In this document: positions 31,137 through 42,318 of the stretch, one piece after another
Position numbering within the stretch: the stretch's first letter is position 1
Layout: each line of letters starts with the position of its first letter
NCBI GenBank assembly: GCA_963823665.1
Contig: CAWGMQ010000006.1
Location: forward strand, 1,184,001 to 1,248,000
DNA length: 64,000 nucleotides
Reading direction: 5' to 3'
Source: an uncultured Planctomycetota bacterium
GTDB lineage: Bacteria; Planctomycetota; Planctomycetia; Isosphaerales; Isosphaeraceae
Made by a program: the position numbers and the translations under genes
The notes under the pieces: model-generated
What the model was told of the DNA's origin: nothing
The model's database searches: none
What the model saw: the letters and a program-made list of their open reading frames with translations, nothing else

Positions 31137-32360
31137 ATGCGCTGGCGTTTCATCGACCCCAAAAATCAGCCGGAATGTGCTGATCGTGAGAGGGTGATCG
31201 CGAAGATCGACTCATGGTGGCAGAACTTTCTGGGCCAGACCGATCAGATCTCGGATCTGTTCTCCCAGAAGATGCAGTGGGATTTGCCGGAGTGGATGGA
31301 GCAGCATCTGGGCGCCATCGATTCGCGCTTGTGCTGGGAGTTTGGCCCCGCCGTGCGCGGCGCCGGGCATCGGCTGGTCGTCACCCCGGAGTCGGCTCAT
31401 CACTTGCGGCCGCTGGTGCGGGCGATCCTGGCGCGTGCCCCGAATCTCGCCGGCTGGGAGTTTTACGAATATCGGCTGGGGGAAGACCTTGAATCTGCGA
31501 AGCACTCGGTTGAAGGGCGATGCCAGCGTGATATCGCCGATTTCAAGGTGCGTGCGTCGCGTAGTGAGCTGCAACGCATCGACTTGAATTACACGTCACC
31601 TTCGATCGATGGCCGGAAGGACCAGTCGGCGCTCCACGCCGCTTTTGTCGCCACGGAATCGCTGCTCGGGGAAGAATGCCTGGATCACTGGATCGGGGCG
31701 ATCGAGTTAACGGCGTCGTCGCGCGGGAAGGGGTTGAAGTCGCTGTTCCGGCGCGGTGAGCCGGAGGTGCCGCATTTTTTCGGGCTCGACCGTTTGAATG
31801 AGACTGTGAACGCTCTGATCGGGAGCATCCGGGATCAACTGCCGCCGAGTCCACATTGCGACCGGGACGAAAAGGCAGAATGGACTCTCTGGAAACTGCA
31901 GCCCAAAAAGTCTGACGACTACGTCGGGCAGTTGGATCTGTTTGTCGGCAAGTCAGCCAATCAACCGCTCTGGACCGCGGCGCAGAGTAATGGCCTCTTT
32001 TTCTCGGAGCAATTCAGTCGCTGTGGTGAGACGTTCTGTTACGTAAAGATCGATGGCACGCAGGGGGGACTCGGCGAGGACGGCCTGGCCGACAAGTGCG
32101 AGATCGAGGATGCGCTGGACGCCGTCCTCAAGCCCGAAAAGCTCGGCTGTCAGATCGGCGGGGGCACCGGCCTGCGATATTCGTATATTGACCTCGCCCT
32201 CACAGACGTGGACAAGGGAATCGAACGAGCCAGGCAACGACTACAGGCTGGCAACGTTCCCAAACGCTCGTGGATTCAGTTCCATGACAGCGAACTGGCC
32301 GCGGAATGGGTGGGCGTTTATGACGACAGTCCGCCGCCGCCGCTTGAATTGGATTCGTAG
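31137..32360 (+). CDS. Hypothetical protein (possibly DUF695/immunity-like)
   Basis: Long acidic ORF; IDSWW, LCWEFG, ESLLGE, GGGTGLRYSYIDLAL motifs. Confidence 0.6.
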   Translation: MRWRFIDPKNQPECADRERVIAKIDSWWQNFLGQTDQISDLFSQKMQWDLPEWMEQHLGAIDSRLCWEFGPAVRGAGHRLVVTPESAHHLRPLVRAILARAPNLAGWEFYEYRLGEDLESAKHSVEGRCQRDIADFKVRASRSELQRIDLNYTSPSIDGRKDQSALHAAFVATESLLGEECLDHWIGAIELTASSRGKGLKSLFRRGEPEVPHFFGLDRLNETVNALIGSIRDQLPPSPHCDRDEKAEWTLWKLQPKKSDDYVGQLDLFVGKSANQPLWTAAQSNGLFFSEQFSRCGETFCYVKIDGTQGGLGEDGLADKCEIEDALDAVLKPEKLGCQIGGGTGLRYSYIDLALTDVDKGIERARQRLQAGNVPKRSWIQFHDSELAAEWVGVYDDSPPPPLELDS

Positions 32361-32481
32361 CGTGCGCTCTTGGTGGAAGTACGGAATTCGATCGGCGATC
32401 GCAGGTCAAAGCATTCGGTAGTTCCGCGAATGGCGGTACAATGACCAGAAGACGAGGAAAGCGATTTACGTGAGGCGACTG

Positions 32482-32946
32482 ATGAATTCCATTATCGACC
32501 AGCTCCCGCCCGAGATTGCCCGACAACTTCACCCCGATCGTCGTAAGAACGAAGTGGATTACTGGACTATCCGTGACGAGCTCCTTGATCAGTACCGAGG
32601 CCAGTGGATCGGCTTCGCCGATGGTCGGGTCATTGCCTCGGGCAAAAGCCCGGTGAGCGTGTTTCACGAGGGCGAGGCGACCGGATTGCATCCTTTCTTC
32701 ATTTGCGTTGGCAACGAAGAGGAACCCTGCCGAATTCGTCGCGCCACCTTTTCGTACGATGCCGCTTACCCCAGTGAAGCGCTGCCGGTAACGAGCGTTG
32801 AGTTCCGGAAGTTCAGCGGATCTTCCGGGGTCAACCTGGATCAAGTTATTCCCGACACAGGCGCGGATGCGAGCGTGCTGCCCTGGAATGATTGTCAGCT
32901 CCTTCAACTCAGCCCGAGTTCGGATGTGCAGGGGCTGATCAAATGA
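32482..32946 (+). CDS. DUF5678-like domain fused to truncated retropepsin-like aspartyl protease
   Basis: ELLDQYRGQWIGFADGRVIASG then PDTGADASVLP; stops before the usual protease C-terminal GRD-type motif. Confidence 0.6.
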   Translation: MNSIIDQLPPEIARQLHPDRRKNEVDYWTIRDELLDQYRGQWIGFADGRVIASGKSPVSVFHEGEATGLHPFFICVGNEEEPCRIRRATFSYDAAYPSEALPVTSVEFRKFSGSSGVNLDQVIPDTGADASVLPWNDCQLLQLSPSSDVQGLIK

Positions 32947-34040
32947 GAATCTCGCAGGCTGGCTCTGCCCTTGCCGTCCTCGGCGTGTGGTTCTTCTGTT
33001 CTGCGGCGGCAGAGGCTCTCGATGCGACCGGCAGAGTGACGACGGTTGCCCTTCCCGGCGGGGGTAAGCCGGTCGCGGCCAGGATTGACAGGACCGGGGG
33101 GATTCACGTTCTCTTCGACTCGGCTGATGGACCGACGTATGTGAAGTCGACTGATCAGGGCCGCACATTCGGCCCTGCCATCTCCGTGGTTTCGGGCGGG
33201 TCGCAGCCGGCCGGGCTCGCGTTTTCCGGGTGGGACCTGGCCGTCGGCAAGGCGGGCCGGGTGCACGTCGCGATGGCGACGAATGCGTGGAAGCTCAAGC
33301 TCCCGCAATCAGAATGGGGGTTCTTCTACGCAAACCTTGACCCGGGCGGTGCCGCCTTTTCACCAGTGCGGAACATCAACAAGAAACCGAGCGAGGGGTT
33401 TTCCCTGGCGGCCGATGACGAGGGCAATGTCACGGCGTGCTGGCTCTCGGGCAAGCTTTACGCCAGCATCTCGGACGACGGCGGCGAGACATTTGCACCC
33501 TATTGGCAAATCGATAGCTCTTACGACCCGTGCAACTGCTGCACGACGAGCGCCGCGTACGGCGCGGACGGGCGGCTGGCCGTCCTCTACCGCGAGGAAA
33601 CCGGCAACATGCGTGACATGTATCTCATTTTATGGGACCAGCGAACCGGCCGGAAGGAGCGGAAGCGGGTGGGTCGCACCCCGTGGCGGATCGACGCATG
33701 CCCCATGACCTATTACAGGGTCGTGCCCGACGGACGTGGGTTCGTGGCGGCCTGGCCCACACTCGGGCACGTCTATTTCGCCCGCGTCGACGGACGGGGT
33801 GAGCCGGCGGGGCGCTCTGAGGTCAAAACACCTGGCAGGTCGGGGATACGGACCGGCGTGCTCGCCTTGACCGCCCCGGACGGAACCACACTTGTGGCCT
33901 GGAACAATGATGGCCAGATTGGCTGGCAGCTCTATGACACCGAGCTAGAGCCCTTGGGGGCAGCGGGCTCCGTGACTTGTTCCGGCACCGGCGTTGCCGG
34001 TGTGGTGGGCGCGGACGGGCGATTCGTCCTCTTCCGGTAG
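32943..34040 (+). CDS. Secreted BNR/sialidase-like repeat protein
   Basis: Asp-boxes STDQGRTF and SDDGGETF; CNCC and WRIDACPM motifs; signal peptide. Confidence 0.75.
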   Translation: MRISQAGSALAVLGVWFFCSAAAEALDATGRVTTVALPGGGKPVAARIDRTGGIHVLFDSADGPTYVKSTDQGRTFGPAISVVSGGSQPAGLAFSGWDLAVGKAGRVHVAMATNAWKLKLPQSEWGFFYANLDPGGAAFSPVRNINKKPSEGFSLAADDEGNVTACWLSGKLYASISDDGGETFAPYWQIDSSYDPCNCCTTSAAYGADGRLAVLYREETGNMRDMYLILWDQRTGRKERKRVGRTPWRIDACPMTYYRVVPDGRGFVAAWPTLGHVYFARVDGRGEPAGRSEVKTPGRSGIRTGVLALTAPDGTTLVAWNNDGQIGWQLYDTELEPLGAAGSVTCSGTGVAGVVGADGRFVLFR

Positions 34041-34127
34041 TCGTGATCAGCGGGGGCAAGACTCCCCGAGCTCGACCGGGCGCCCGGGCGAGGGAATGAT
34101 CGATCGCACACCCAACCGAGACGATTC

Positions 34128-34932
34128 ATGAAGATCGCACTGGCATCTCCTCGCGTCGCCTTGTCACTCGATGACGGCCTGGAAAAGGTCAAACGGTTCC
34201 TGGCCGAAGCGAGCGCGCAAGGCGCCGAGATCGTGTGCTTTCCTGAGGCTTATCTCCCAGGCTTGCGGGGAGTGGGCATTGACGTGCTTCTTTTTGGTCC
34301 ACCGGAGCACACGCGCAGTTCTCGATTTCGTCGGGCGGTGTGCGCGAGAATATAGGGTAGCAGCCATCCTGGGCACGGAGAGACTGACGGACGCGGGGCG
34401 GCAGATTGCCGCTTATGTCTTTGACACGCAGGGCCTGGTTCAGGGGTATCAAACCAAGAACCAGGTCGCTCCGTCGGAAGATCCGTACTATGTTCCCGGA
34501 AACACCCGGCGGCTCTTTGAAGTGAACGGCGTCAAGTTTGGTGTGGCGATTTGCCACGAGGGCTGGCGCTATCCGGAGACCGTGCGCTGGGCAGCCGTGC
34601 GAGGCGCCAGAATCGTGTTTCATCCCCAGCACACGGGTAGCGATCAAGACGGAGTGCTTCTCACGCAGTGGGGTGCCGTTGACTCGCCGTATTATGAGAA
34701 GGCGATGATGTGTCGCGGGCTGGAAAACACGATCTATTTCGCGAGCGTCAATTACGCGCTGCGGTATCAGGAATCGGCGACGAGCCTGATTGATCCGCAG
34801 GGGCGGTGCCAGGCGCATTTGCCTTATGGGCAGGAAGGTTTGCTGGTGCAGGCGATCAATGTCGACGAAGCAACCGGGTTGCTGGCCAATCGATATGCGC
34901 CGAAGCGGTACCAGGAATTCAGGGCGGAATGA
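34128..34932 (+). CDS. Carbon-nitrogen hydrolase (nitrilase family); frameshift near 34310
   Basis: E-K-C triad: FPEAY, QTKNQ, AICHE split over two overlapping ORFs. Confidence 0.88.
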
Positions 34933-35026
34933 ACGACTAAGGCAGTTCGTGGCCGAGAACCGTCGCGCCGCCCCTCTCCGCGCCGGGTTACGTCGCAGGA
35001 GGTGGAACCGGCTTCCGTTTGAGCGA

Positions 35027-37367
35027 CTATGGACTCTCTTCCCTCGAGGCACGAAGCAGCAGCGGCTTCTCCCACGCGACTTCGAGCTTGCCCACGGGAT
35101 CCAGTCCTTGCGGGACTCCGCCTTGATCAAAGCTGTACCGGTACTTGAGCGGAACGCCGGCCGGTATCGTCATCGTGAACGCGCCGTCAGCGTTGGTCGT
35201 CGTCCCAGCGTACTGGCGTTTCCCCGTGGCCGCATCGGCATAAATCGAAGCGTTCGCGATCGGCTGCCTCGCGGCATCGATCACGCGTCCCTGGACCGTG
35301 ACGCCGCGCACGACCTCGATCGGCGGCAGCTCGAACGATTCGAGGCCCGCGGGTACGCGGTGCCGATTGGCCAGGGGATCGTCGCCGAGCTGTATCCAGG
35401 AGCCTTGCGCGGAGGTTACCTGCATCGTCACGTCGCCGGGAAGTGTGCGGAGTTCGAAATCGTCCCTGCGAGTCGGTCACCACGGTCTTGCCCTCCTTCG
35501 GTGCGCCATTGCCGATCAGGATCTGAACCCCAGCGACCGGGTCACTAGTCTCACGGGAGCGAATCGCGCCGCGCACGCGGACGGTTTTCTCCAGACGGAT
35601 GTCGACGCGAGCGATCGCGTCGGCCTGGATCTGGACATCAGGGATGCGCGGCAGGATCGGCAGCGCCGGATCCACCGTGAAGTCGAACTGGGCGTGACCC
35701 ACGGCGATCGCGGGGACCAGAAAAAGGCCGTCGGCCCGTGAGACAACCTCGGCGGTCCCCTCAGTGGCACGCCGGAGAATGTCGGCGGTGGTCGTGACGG
35801 ACAGCTTCACTCCTCGTGTCCATTCGGGTCGATCGGCGACGATGCGGCCCATGATGCGTCCTGTGGACCGGAGCTGAATCGTGCGCTGTGGCTGGCTATT
35901 CCGAGGCTCGTCGAACCACAAGCGTTGCATGCCCAGAGCACCGGTCGTAATCTGGACCGAACGGAAGGCCTCGTGCGGCAAGGCCGTCAACCGGGCGCGG
36001 CCGTCGGCACCGGTAACGGCCTGAACGATCGGCATAATGAACCTGGGAGGAGGGCTGTAGGTGATCACCGGGGTCTTGATCCCGCCGGGCTCGACGGTAG
36101 CACCCGCGACCGGTTTGCCTGCTGGATCAAGGACCAGGAATTCGGTGTCCGTTAGCGGACCGAGGGTCAGCTCGACGGACTGCGCCTGGCCAGTGAGGGC
36201 CGGCCAGGCGTTGGCCGTTGCGATCTGGTGGCCCGGGGCATGGGCCCACACGAGCCCCATCTTTTGATCCGCCGGCTGTCGACGCCCGACTTCGGGCACA
36301 CGCATCAAAAGACGGCCTTGAAGATCGGTGTTTCCCTGGCCCATCTTGTCGGCCGTGTCGAAGAGGGCCACTTGCATCCAGACCTGGGCGCCCGAAATGG
36401 GGCGGCCTCGGTTATCGACGACATGGAAGGCAACCGTGTCGACTGGATTGCCGGTTTCTTGAACGGCGGCGGGCAGTGCGAAGTAGGTCAGGGTGAGGAC
36501 CATAGTCAAGGCTGCCGCCAGGCCGGCTGCCTTACGCAGCGCGTTCCACGACAGCGTCTTCAAGATGCCTTGAGCAAGCCCGAGGGCGGATGCCGAGAGA
36601 CCGGGCGTTCTGGCGGCCGCGAGCTGGAACGCGGCGTGCGCGGTGGATTCCGACAGCCCTGGGAGCAACATTCCGTTGGCGGCGTCAGCCGGGTGCGCAC
36701 GTGCAGCGGGCCGGGCAGCCAGCAGCGAGTGTTCCGGCGCCAGGCCGCGCTGGGCCAGCCGTATGCGCAGTTTCGCTTTGCCGCGCTGGAGTCGGGTTTG
36801 CAGCGTCCGCAGCCGGCAGCGGAGGATTCGCGCCGCCTGTTCATGACTCAAGCCCTCGAGGTAGCACAGCACGATCGGCGCACGATACCGCTCGCCCAGC
36901 CGTGCGACCTCTTCATGCAGCTCGGGAATTGGCTCCGCAGCGTCCAGCCGGTTCTGCATGGCTTCCTCGCGGGATTGCTCGGCCGCCACACGCTCGAGCG
37001 TGCGGCGACGCCTCGCTTCGGTGCGCAATCGCGCCACGACACGAGCGGCGACTCCGTAGAGCCAGCTCGCAACCGCCGTGCGATCGCGGATCGAGCCCGC
37101 GCGGCGGGCCAGCACCAGGAACGTCGCCTGGAACGCGTCGTCCGCATCATGGCGGTTGTTGAGCAGCGACCGGCAGAGCCGCTGCACCATCGGGCCGTGC
37201 CGCTTTACCAGCACCTCGAACGCCGCCTCGGCGTCGGCGCGATCGCCGTCGCGAACAGGAGCCACGAACCGGTCGAGGAGCTGCCGGTCCGTCAAGCCGC
37301 ACAGCGAGCCAGCCTGGAACAGTGTGCGAATATCCTTCCAGCCTGCGCTTGAAGATCTGAGTTCCAT
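35027..37367 (-). CDS. Planctomycete ECF sigma factor with TM helix and carboxypeptidase-regulatory-like C-terminal extension (frameshift near 35450)
   Basis: LTDRQLLDRF, RHGPMV, DADDAFQATFLVLAR, LCYLEGLS; then repeated GRV.D..G.P..GA beta modules. Confidence 0.9.
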
Positions 37368-37453
37368 GTGCCGAACGCTCCATCGGTCTGAATCCTGGCC
37401 CGTCGCAACTGAGCACTGAGTGATAGTGCCGGCTGGGTCATGATACTACGTCA

Positions 37454-37675
37454 ATTTCGCTCGAGCACCAGGTGCGAATTGCTGCGGGGTCGCTCGTGCT
37501 GCTGGGTGTATTGCTTGGGTGGTTTGTCCACCCGGCGTTCTTCGGGCTGTCCGCTTTTGTCGGAGCGGGCCTGGTGTTCGCTGGGATCACGGACACCTGC
37601 GGGATGGGCATGATACTCGCCCGAATGCCGTGGAATCGGCGCAGTCGAGCCGCGAATTCGTGTTCCAGCGGCTAA
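37454..37675 (+). pseudogene. DUF2892/YgaP membrane domain remnant of a rhodanese-DUF2892 protein
   Basis: ISLEHQVRIAAGSLV..GAGLVFAGITDTCGMG..LARMPWN; N-terminal rhodanese part absent. Confidence 0.75.
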
Positions 37676-37711
37676 TTGCTACCGGGTCCGGCGAAAGATG
37701 GAGTTTCGATC

Positions 37712-37816
37712 ATGAAATTGCTCGTTGTCGGCGGCGTGGCTGGTGGAGCGTCGTCGGCCGCTCGTGCTCGGCGGCTGTGCGAAGACGCGGAGCGGTCAAT
37801 CGGCCGCAGAGCTTGA
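37712..37816 (+). pseudogene. N-terminal stub of CoA-disulfide reductase/NADH oxidase
   Basis: MKLLVVGGVAGGASSAARARRLCEDAE then diverges and stops after 34 aa. Confidence 0.8.
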
Positions 37817-37938
37817 GCCTGATTCTCGCCGGTGAGCCGCTCTGATATGCTGTCGAGATGTGGCTGTTGTGTGCTCCACGGTGAGGGACGCGACGGACGG
37901 AATTGCCGCGAGTAAAGGCAAGCAGTCGGAGCTCGTCC

Positions 37939-40900
37939 ATGTTGCCGAGTCTTTTCATCTCGCACGCCACAGCAGATGATGCGTTCGTTCGCGAGCTTCA
38001 GAGGACGCTCGCGGATCACGGAGTGGCCGCTTGGATCGATTCTCGCGAGTTGCTGCCCGGCGGGCTGCTGGAGCCCGATATCACGAAGGCGATTGGCGAG
38101 GCGGGTGCCTTCGCTGTCGTGGTCAGTCCGGCGGCCTTGCAGTCCAGGTGGGTGGGCAAGGAACTGCTCTACGCCATCGAGTTGCAAAAGGAGCGCGGCA
38201 GAGAGAACTTTCCTATCATCCCGCTGTCACTCGATGGTACGAGGCTCGGCGTGCTCGAGCAGTTTTTCGGGACAGAGCCGACGTACATACCGGTTGCTAC
38301 GGCTGCTGGCGGTGCCGAGGCGGCTGTACATCCGATTCTCGTCGGGATGGGAATGAGAAAGCCCGCCGATGCGCCTCGCGGCCCGCAACCCGTGGCGAAT
38401 CTGCTCGAGGACCTCGTTCTCGAGCTTTCGAACTTGCGGTTTGATGAATCGGATGGCCTGAGGCGCGCCTCGGCGGATGCGCGGCTCGTTTACGAGCCGG
38501 CGGCGCCGGGTCAGCCTCAGGTACGCAGCGCAGAGCGCTGGCGATTCGTGGCTCCGATCGGGCCGATTGAGGCGGAGGAGCTGCGGTGGTATCTGGAAAA
38601 GTTCGCGATCTGGCCGAGTGATTACTTTCGAGACCGTGCGCGAAAGGTCGAGGAAAACTTCGCGAAATGGGGCCAGCTCCTGCACGCCGCCGCTCTGCCC
38701 GCGGGTCAGACCCGGAACGTGATGAACGCGTGGAGTCGGATCGACGGGCGGGCCGACCGCCGATTTTCCGTCCTCGTTGATGTGGCACCCGAGCCCGGTG
38801 CGGCGGCAGCGGAGATTGAAGCCGCGCGCGAGGCGGCCACTGTCCTGCTTGGCCTCCCGTGGGAGTTGCTTCACGATGGGGAGGGTTTTCTGTTCCAAGG
38901 GGGCAAGCCCACGCGGGTGCGCCGGCACTTGCCAAACACGCGCGATGATCTCAGTATTCCCGTGGTCGCCCCGCCCATCCGCATCCTGCTCGTGACCGCG
39001 CGCCCGGAAGACGAAGCCTGCGGCTATATCGATCATCGCGCGAGTGCGCTGCCGCTTGTCGAGGCGATGGAGGCACTCGGCGGCCTTGTGAACATCCACG
39101 TGCTGAGCCCGCCCACGCTGCCCGCGCTGCGCGAGGAGCTCGACCGCGCGCGTCGCGAATCCGAGCCCTATCACGTCGTCCACTTCGATGGACATGGCGT
39201 CTTTGACCGCCGTGCCGGCTTGGGCGGGCTTTGCTTTGAGGATCCGCAGGATGCGGGCAAGCTCGAGAACCGCCGCCACTCGACCGTTTTCACGGGCGAG
39301 CTCGGTCCGCTGCTCCGCGATTACCGGATTCCGCTTGTATTCCTCGAAGCCTGTCAGACGGCTACGGCCGAGAAGGCATCGGAATCGGTGGCTTCGGAGC
39401 TGCTGAAGGTCGGCGTGGCCTCGGTGGTGGCCATGAGCCACAGCGTGCTCGTCGAGACGGCGCGGCGGTTTGTCGAGGCCTTTTATGCCGCGCTCGCGCG
39501 CGGTGCTCGCGTGGGCGATGCGATGCTCGAAGGCCAGCGCAAACTCAACGACGACAAATCCCGTGGCCGTGTTTTCGGCGTGGGGGAGCTGAAGCTACAT
39601 GATTGGTTCGTGCCCGTGCTGTTCCAGGAGAGGGATGATCCGCAGCTCTTCAAGGCCACCCCCGCGCCGCAAACGCAGGCGGACATGAGAACCTCGCTCC
39701 AAAAGCGTTTCGGCGCGTTGCCGGATGCGCCGGAGACGACTTTCATTGGCCGCAGCCGAGAGCTTCTCTCGCTCGAGCGGCTGTTGCGCCATGACCGCTA
39801 TGCTGTGGTGCGCGGTCAGGGTGGCGAGGGCAAGACCACGCTTTCCGCCGAATTCGCCCGGTGGATGGTTCGCTCGCACCAGGTTCGCCGTGCGGTGTTT
39901 GTCTCCGTCGAGACGCACAGCAACGTCGCCGCCGTGCTCGACGCCATCGGCGGGCAGCTCGTGCCCGGTTATTCCGTCGCCGCCTTCGCCGATTTGGAGA
40001 AGGCGATTCAACCGATTGAGCAGGTCCTCAGCGAGCAATCGACGTTGCTCGTGGTGGACAACATGGAGAGCATCCTGCTGCCACCCTACGTGGAGACGCC
40101 CGAGGCGCTCTCGGAAGACGCAGCCCGGGAGCTGAAGGCGATCCTGGCCGTGTGCGAGCGCCTGCGGAACGTGGGCCAAACGCGCGTCGTTTTCACCAGC
40201 CGCGAAGCGCTCCCGTCACCGTTCGATTCGCGGCGCAATCGCCGCGAGCTGCATCAGCTTGCTCGCGACGACGCCGTAAAGCTCGTTGAGCGTGTGTTGA
40301 ACGTGGACGGCAGTGGCGGCCCGGGTGCAACGCTCGACGCCGCGCGCGAGTCCATCGAGGCGCTCGTTGATGCCGTCCATGGCCACGCCCGCACGCTCGC
40401 GCTGCTGGCCCCGTCTTTGCGAAGCCAGGGCGTCGATGCGACTCGCGGAGCGCTCGTGGAGCTGATGGATGCGATGAACAAGCGGTTCCCCGGCAGCCGG
40501 GAGCACTCACTCTTCGCCAGCGTGGAGCTCTCCCTCCGCCGCATGTCCTCCACGAACCGGGACAGGGCGCGCGTGCTCGAGGTGTTCCACGGCGGGGTGG
40601 ATCTGGATATGCTCCGCACAATGATGCAGTGGGAAGAGGACGACGTGGCTTCGCTAGCCAGCGAGTTGATCGAGACGGGCCTGGCGACGCCCGATCCGTA
40701 CAACCATGTCACGCTCAATCCCGCGCTCTGCCCCTACCTGCGCGGGAAGCTGGACTCCGCGGAACGCGAGACACTGACCGCCCGCTGGGGCGAGGCGATG
40801 GGCGCGTATGTTCGGTTCCTCGTGCGGGAGCACGACAAGAACGCCGAACTCGCAGCGACGCTCACGGCGCTGGAGTTGCCGAACCTCTTCGCGTTGCTTG

Positions 40901-42318
40901 AAGAGGTACAGCGCGCGGGGGATGCAGAGGCGACGATCGATCTGGCCGCTTCGCTGTACCGCTTGTTGCAGCCGGCCGGCAAGCCGCGCTTGCTCGAACG
41001 TGTGGGCCAGGTGCGCGATGCCGCAGCGGCTGCGCTGGGTGAGACGTGGAATCACGCGCGGTTTCAGGCACAGCGGACCCGGATCGAGCAGCAGCTTGAC
41101 GGTGGGCGCTTGCGCGAGGCATTCGACGGCGCGCAGCAGTTGCTCCAGCGCACCCGGGTGGCAGGTGAGCAGGCGTATCCCGATGCCGACTACGATTTGG
41201 CGATGGCCTGCTGGCTCCTGGCCCGGGTTTTGGAGATCGCCGGTGGACCGGAACAGTCCTTGCCACTTCTGGACGAGGCGCGGAATCGTTTCGAAGCCGT
41301 TGAGCGGGACCGGCCCCGTCGGGGCGCCGAGAGGATGGCATCCGTCTGCTTGCTGGACCGAGGCGGGTGTCTACTCGTTTTGGGCCGGCTCGACGAGGCA
41401 GCAGCCGCTTACGAAGAGAGCATCCGCCGCGCGGAGAAACGGGAGGACAACCGGCAGGTCGCCGTCGGAAAAGGGGAGCTTGGGACCGTCCGCATGTTGC
41501 AGCGCCACTACCCAGACGCGCTGAAGGCGCACGAAGAAGCACGCGACCTGTTTACGCGGCTGGACGAACCGGGCACCGTCGCTGTGAGCTGGCATCAGAC
41601 CGGCATGGTGTATCAGGCGGCGGGACAGCCGGAAGCGGCGGAGGATGCCTACAGGAAATCGCTCGCGATCAAGGTGCGGCTCGGCAATAATCTCGGACAG
41701 GCGGGCACACTCAGTGAACTCGGCAATTTGTATCACGGTCCGCTCGACCGCCCGGAGGAAGCAGTCGCCTTCTTCCGGCGAGCCGTGGACAAGTCCGGCG
41801 ACCGGGCGCAGGAGGGCAGATTTAGGAACAACCTCGCAGACACGCTGCGTAAGCTCCGTCGCTTCGACGAAGCGCGGCAGGAAATCCTGCGGGCGATCGA
41901 ATGCAAGGCGCCGTTCGGCCATGCTTCGGAGCCGTGGAAGAGTTGGGGCATCCTCGCCAATATTGAGACGGCCGCTGGAAACCCCACCGCCGCCGCAGAC
42001 GCGAAGCGCAAGGCCATCAATTGCTACCTCGCCTACCGCCGCGACGGCGGCGAGAATCACTACTTCGATGGCCGCATCTGCCTCGCCGTGACCGGGCCCC
42101 TCCTTGCCGGCGACCCGGTTGCCGCCACGTCGCTTCTCGCAGAACTGGCCGTCGACCCCGACTTGCCGAATCACTTCCGCACGTTCATCCAAGCCCTCCA
42201 AGCCATCGTCGCCGGCAGCCGCGACCGCACCCTCGCCGACGCCCCGGATTTGAGCTACACGATGGCCGCCGAAATCCTGTTCCTGCTCGAAACGCTGGAA
42301 AGGCCGCTGTCGCGCTGA
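37939..42318 (+). CDS. TIR-CHAT-STAND NTPase-TPR multidomain protein (NLR-like)
   Basis: TIR LFISH..SRWVGKEL; CHAT LPWELL, HFDGHG, LEACQT; FIGR, GQGGEGKT, LLVVDNME; C-terminal TPRs. Confidence 0.9.
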   Translation: MLPSLFISHATADDAFVRELQRTLADHGVAAWIDSRELLPGGLLEPDITKAIGEAGAFAVVVSPAALQSRWVGKELLYAIELQKERGRENFPIIPLSLDGTRLGVLEQFFGTEPTYIPVATAAGGAEAAVHPILVGMGMRKPADAPRGPQPVANLLEDLVLELSNLRFDESDGLRRASADARLVYEPAAPGQPQVRSAERWRFVAPIGPIEAEELRWYLEKFAIWPSDYFRDRARKVEENFAKWGQLLHAAALPAGQTRNVMNAWSRIDGRADRRFSVLVDVAPEPGAAAAEIEAAREAATVLLGLPWELLHDGEGFLFQGGKPTRVRRHLPNTRDDLSIPVVAPPIRILLVTARPEDEACGYIDHRASALPLVEAMEALGGLVNIHVLSPPTLPALREELDRARRESEPYHVVHFDGHGVFDRRAGLGGLCFEDPQDAGKLENRRHSTVFTGELGPLLRDYRIPLVFLEACQTATAEKASESVASELLKVGVASVVAMSHSVLVETARRFVEAFYAALARGARVGDAMLEGQRKLNDDKSRGRVFGVGELKLHDWFVPVLFQERDDPQLFKATPAPQTQADMRTSLQKRFGALPDAPETTFIGRSRELLSLERLLRHDRYAVVRGQGGEGKTTLSAEFARWMVRSHQVRRAVFVSVETHSNVAAVLDAIGGQLVPGYSVAAFADLEKAIQPIEQVLSEQSTLLVVDNMESILLPPYVETPEALSEDAARELKAILAVCERLRNVGQTRVVFTSREALPSPFDSRRNRRELHQLARDDAVKLVERVLNVDGSGGPGATLDAARESIEALVDAVHGHARTLALLAPSLRSQGVDATRGALVELMDAMNKRFPGSREHSLFASVELSLRRMSSTNRDRARVLEVFHGGVDLDMLRTMMQWEEDDVASLASELIETGLATPDPYNHVTLNPALCPYLRGKLDSAERETLTARWGEAMGAYVRFLVREHDKNAELAATLTALELPNLFALLEEVQRAGDAEATIDLAASLYRLLQPAGKPRLLERVGQVRDAAAAALGETWNHARFQAQRTRIEQQLDGGRLREAFDGAQQLLQRTRVAGEQAYPDADYDLAMACWLLARVLEIAGGPEQSLPLLDEARNRFEAVERDRPRRGAERMASVCLLDRGGCLLVLGRLDEAAAAYEESIRRAEKREDNRQVAVGKGELGTVRMLQRHYPDALKAHEEARDLFTRLDEPGTVAVSWHQTGMVYQAAGQPEAAEDAYRKSLAIKVRLGNNLGQAGTLSELGNLYHGPLDRPEEAVAFFRRAVDKSGDRAQEGRFRNNLADTLRKLRRFDEARQEILRAIECKAPFGHASEPWKSWGILANIETAAGNPTAAADAKRKAINCYLAYRRDGGENHYFDGRICLAVTGPLLAGDPVAATSLLAELAVDPDLPNHFRTFIQALQAIVAGSRDRTLADAPDLSYTMAAEILFLLETLERPLSR

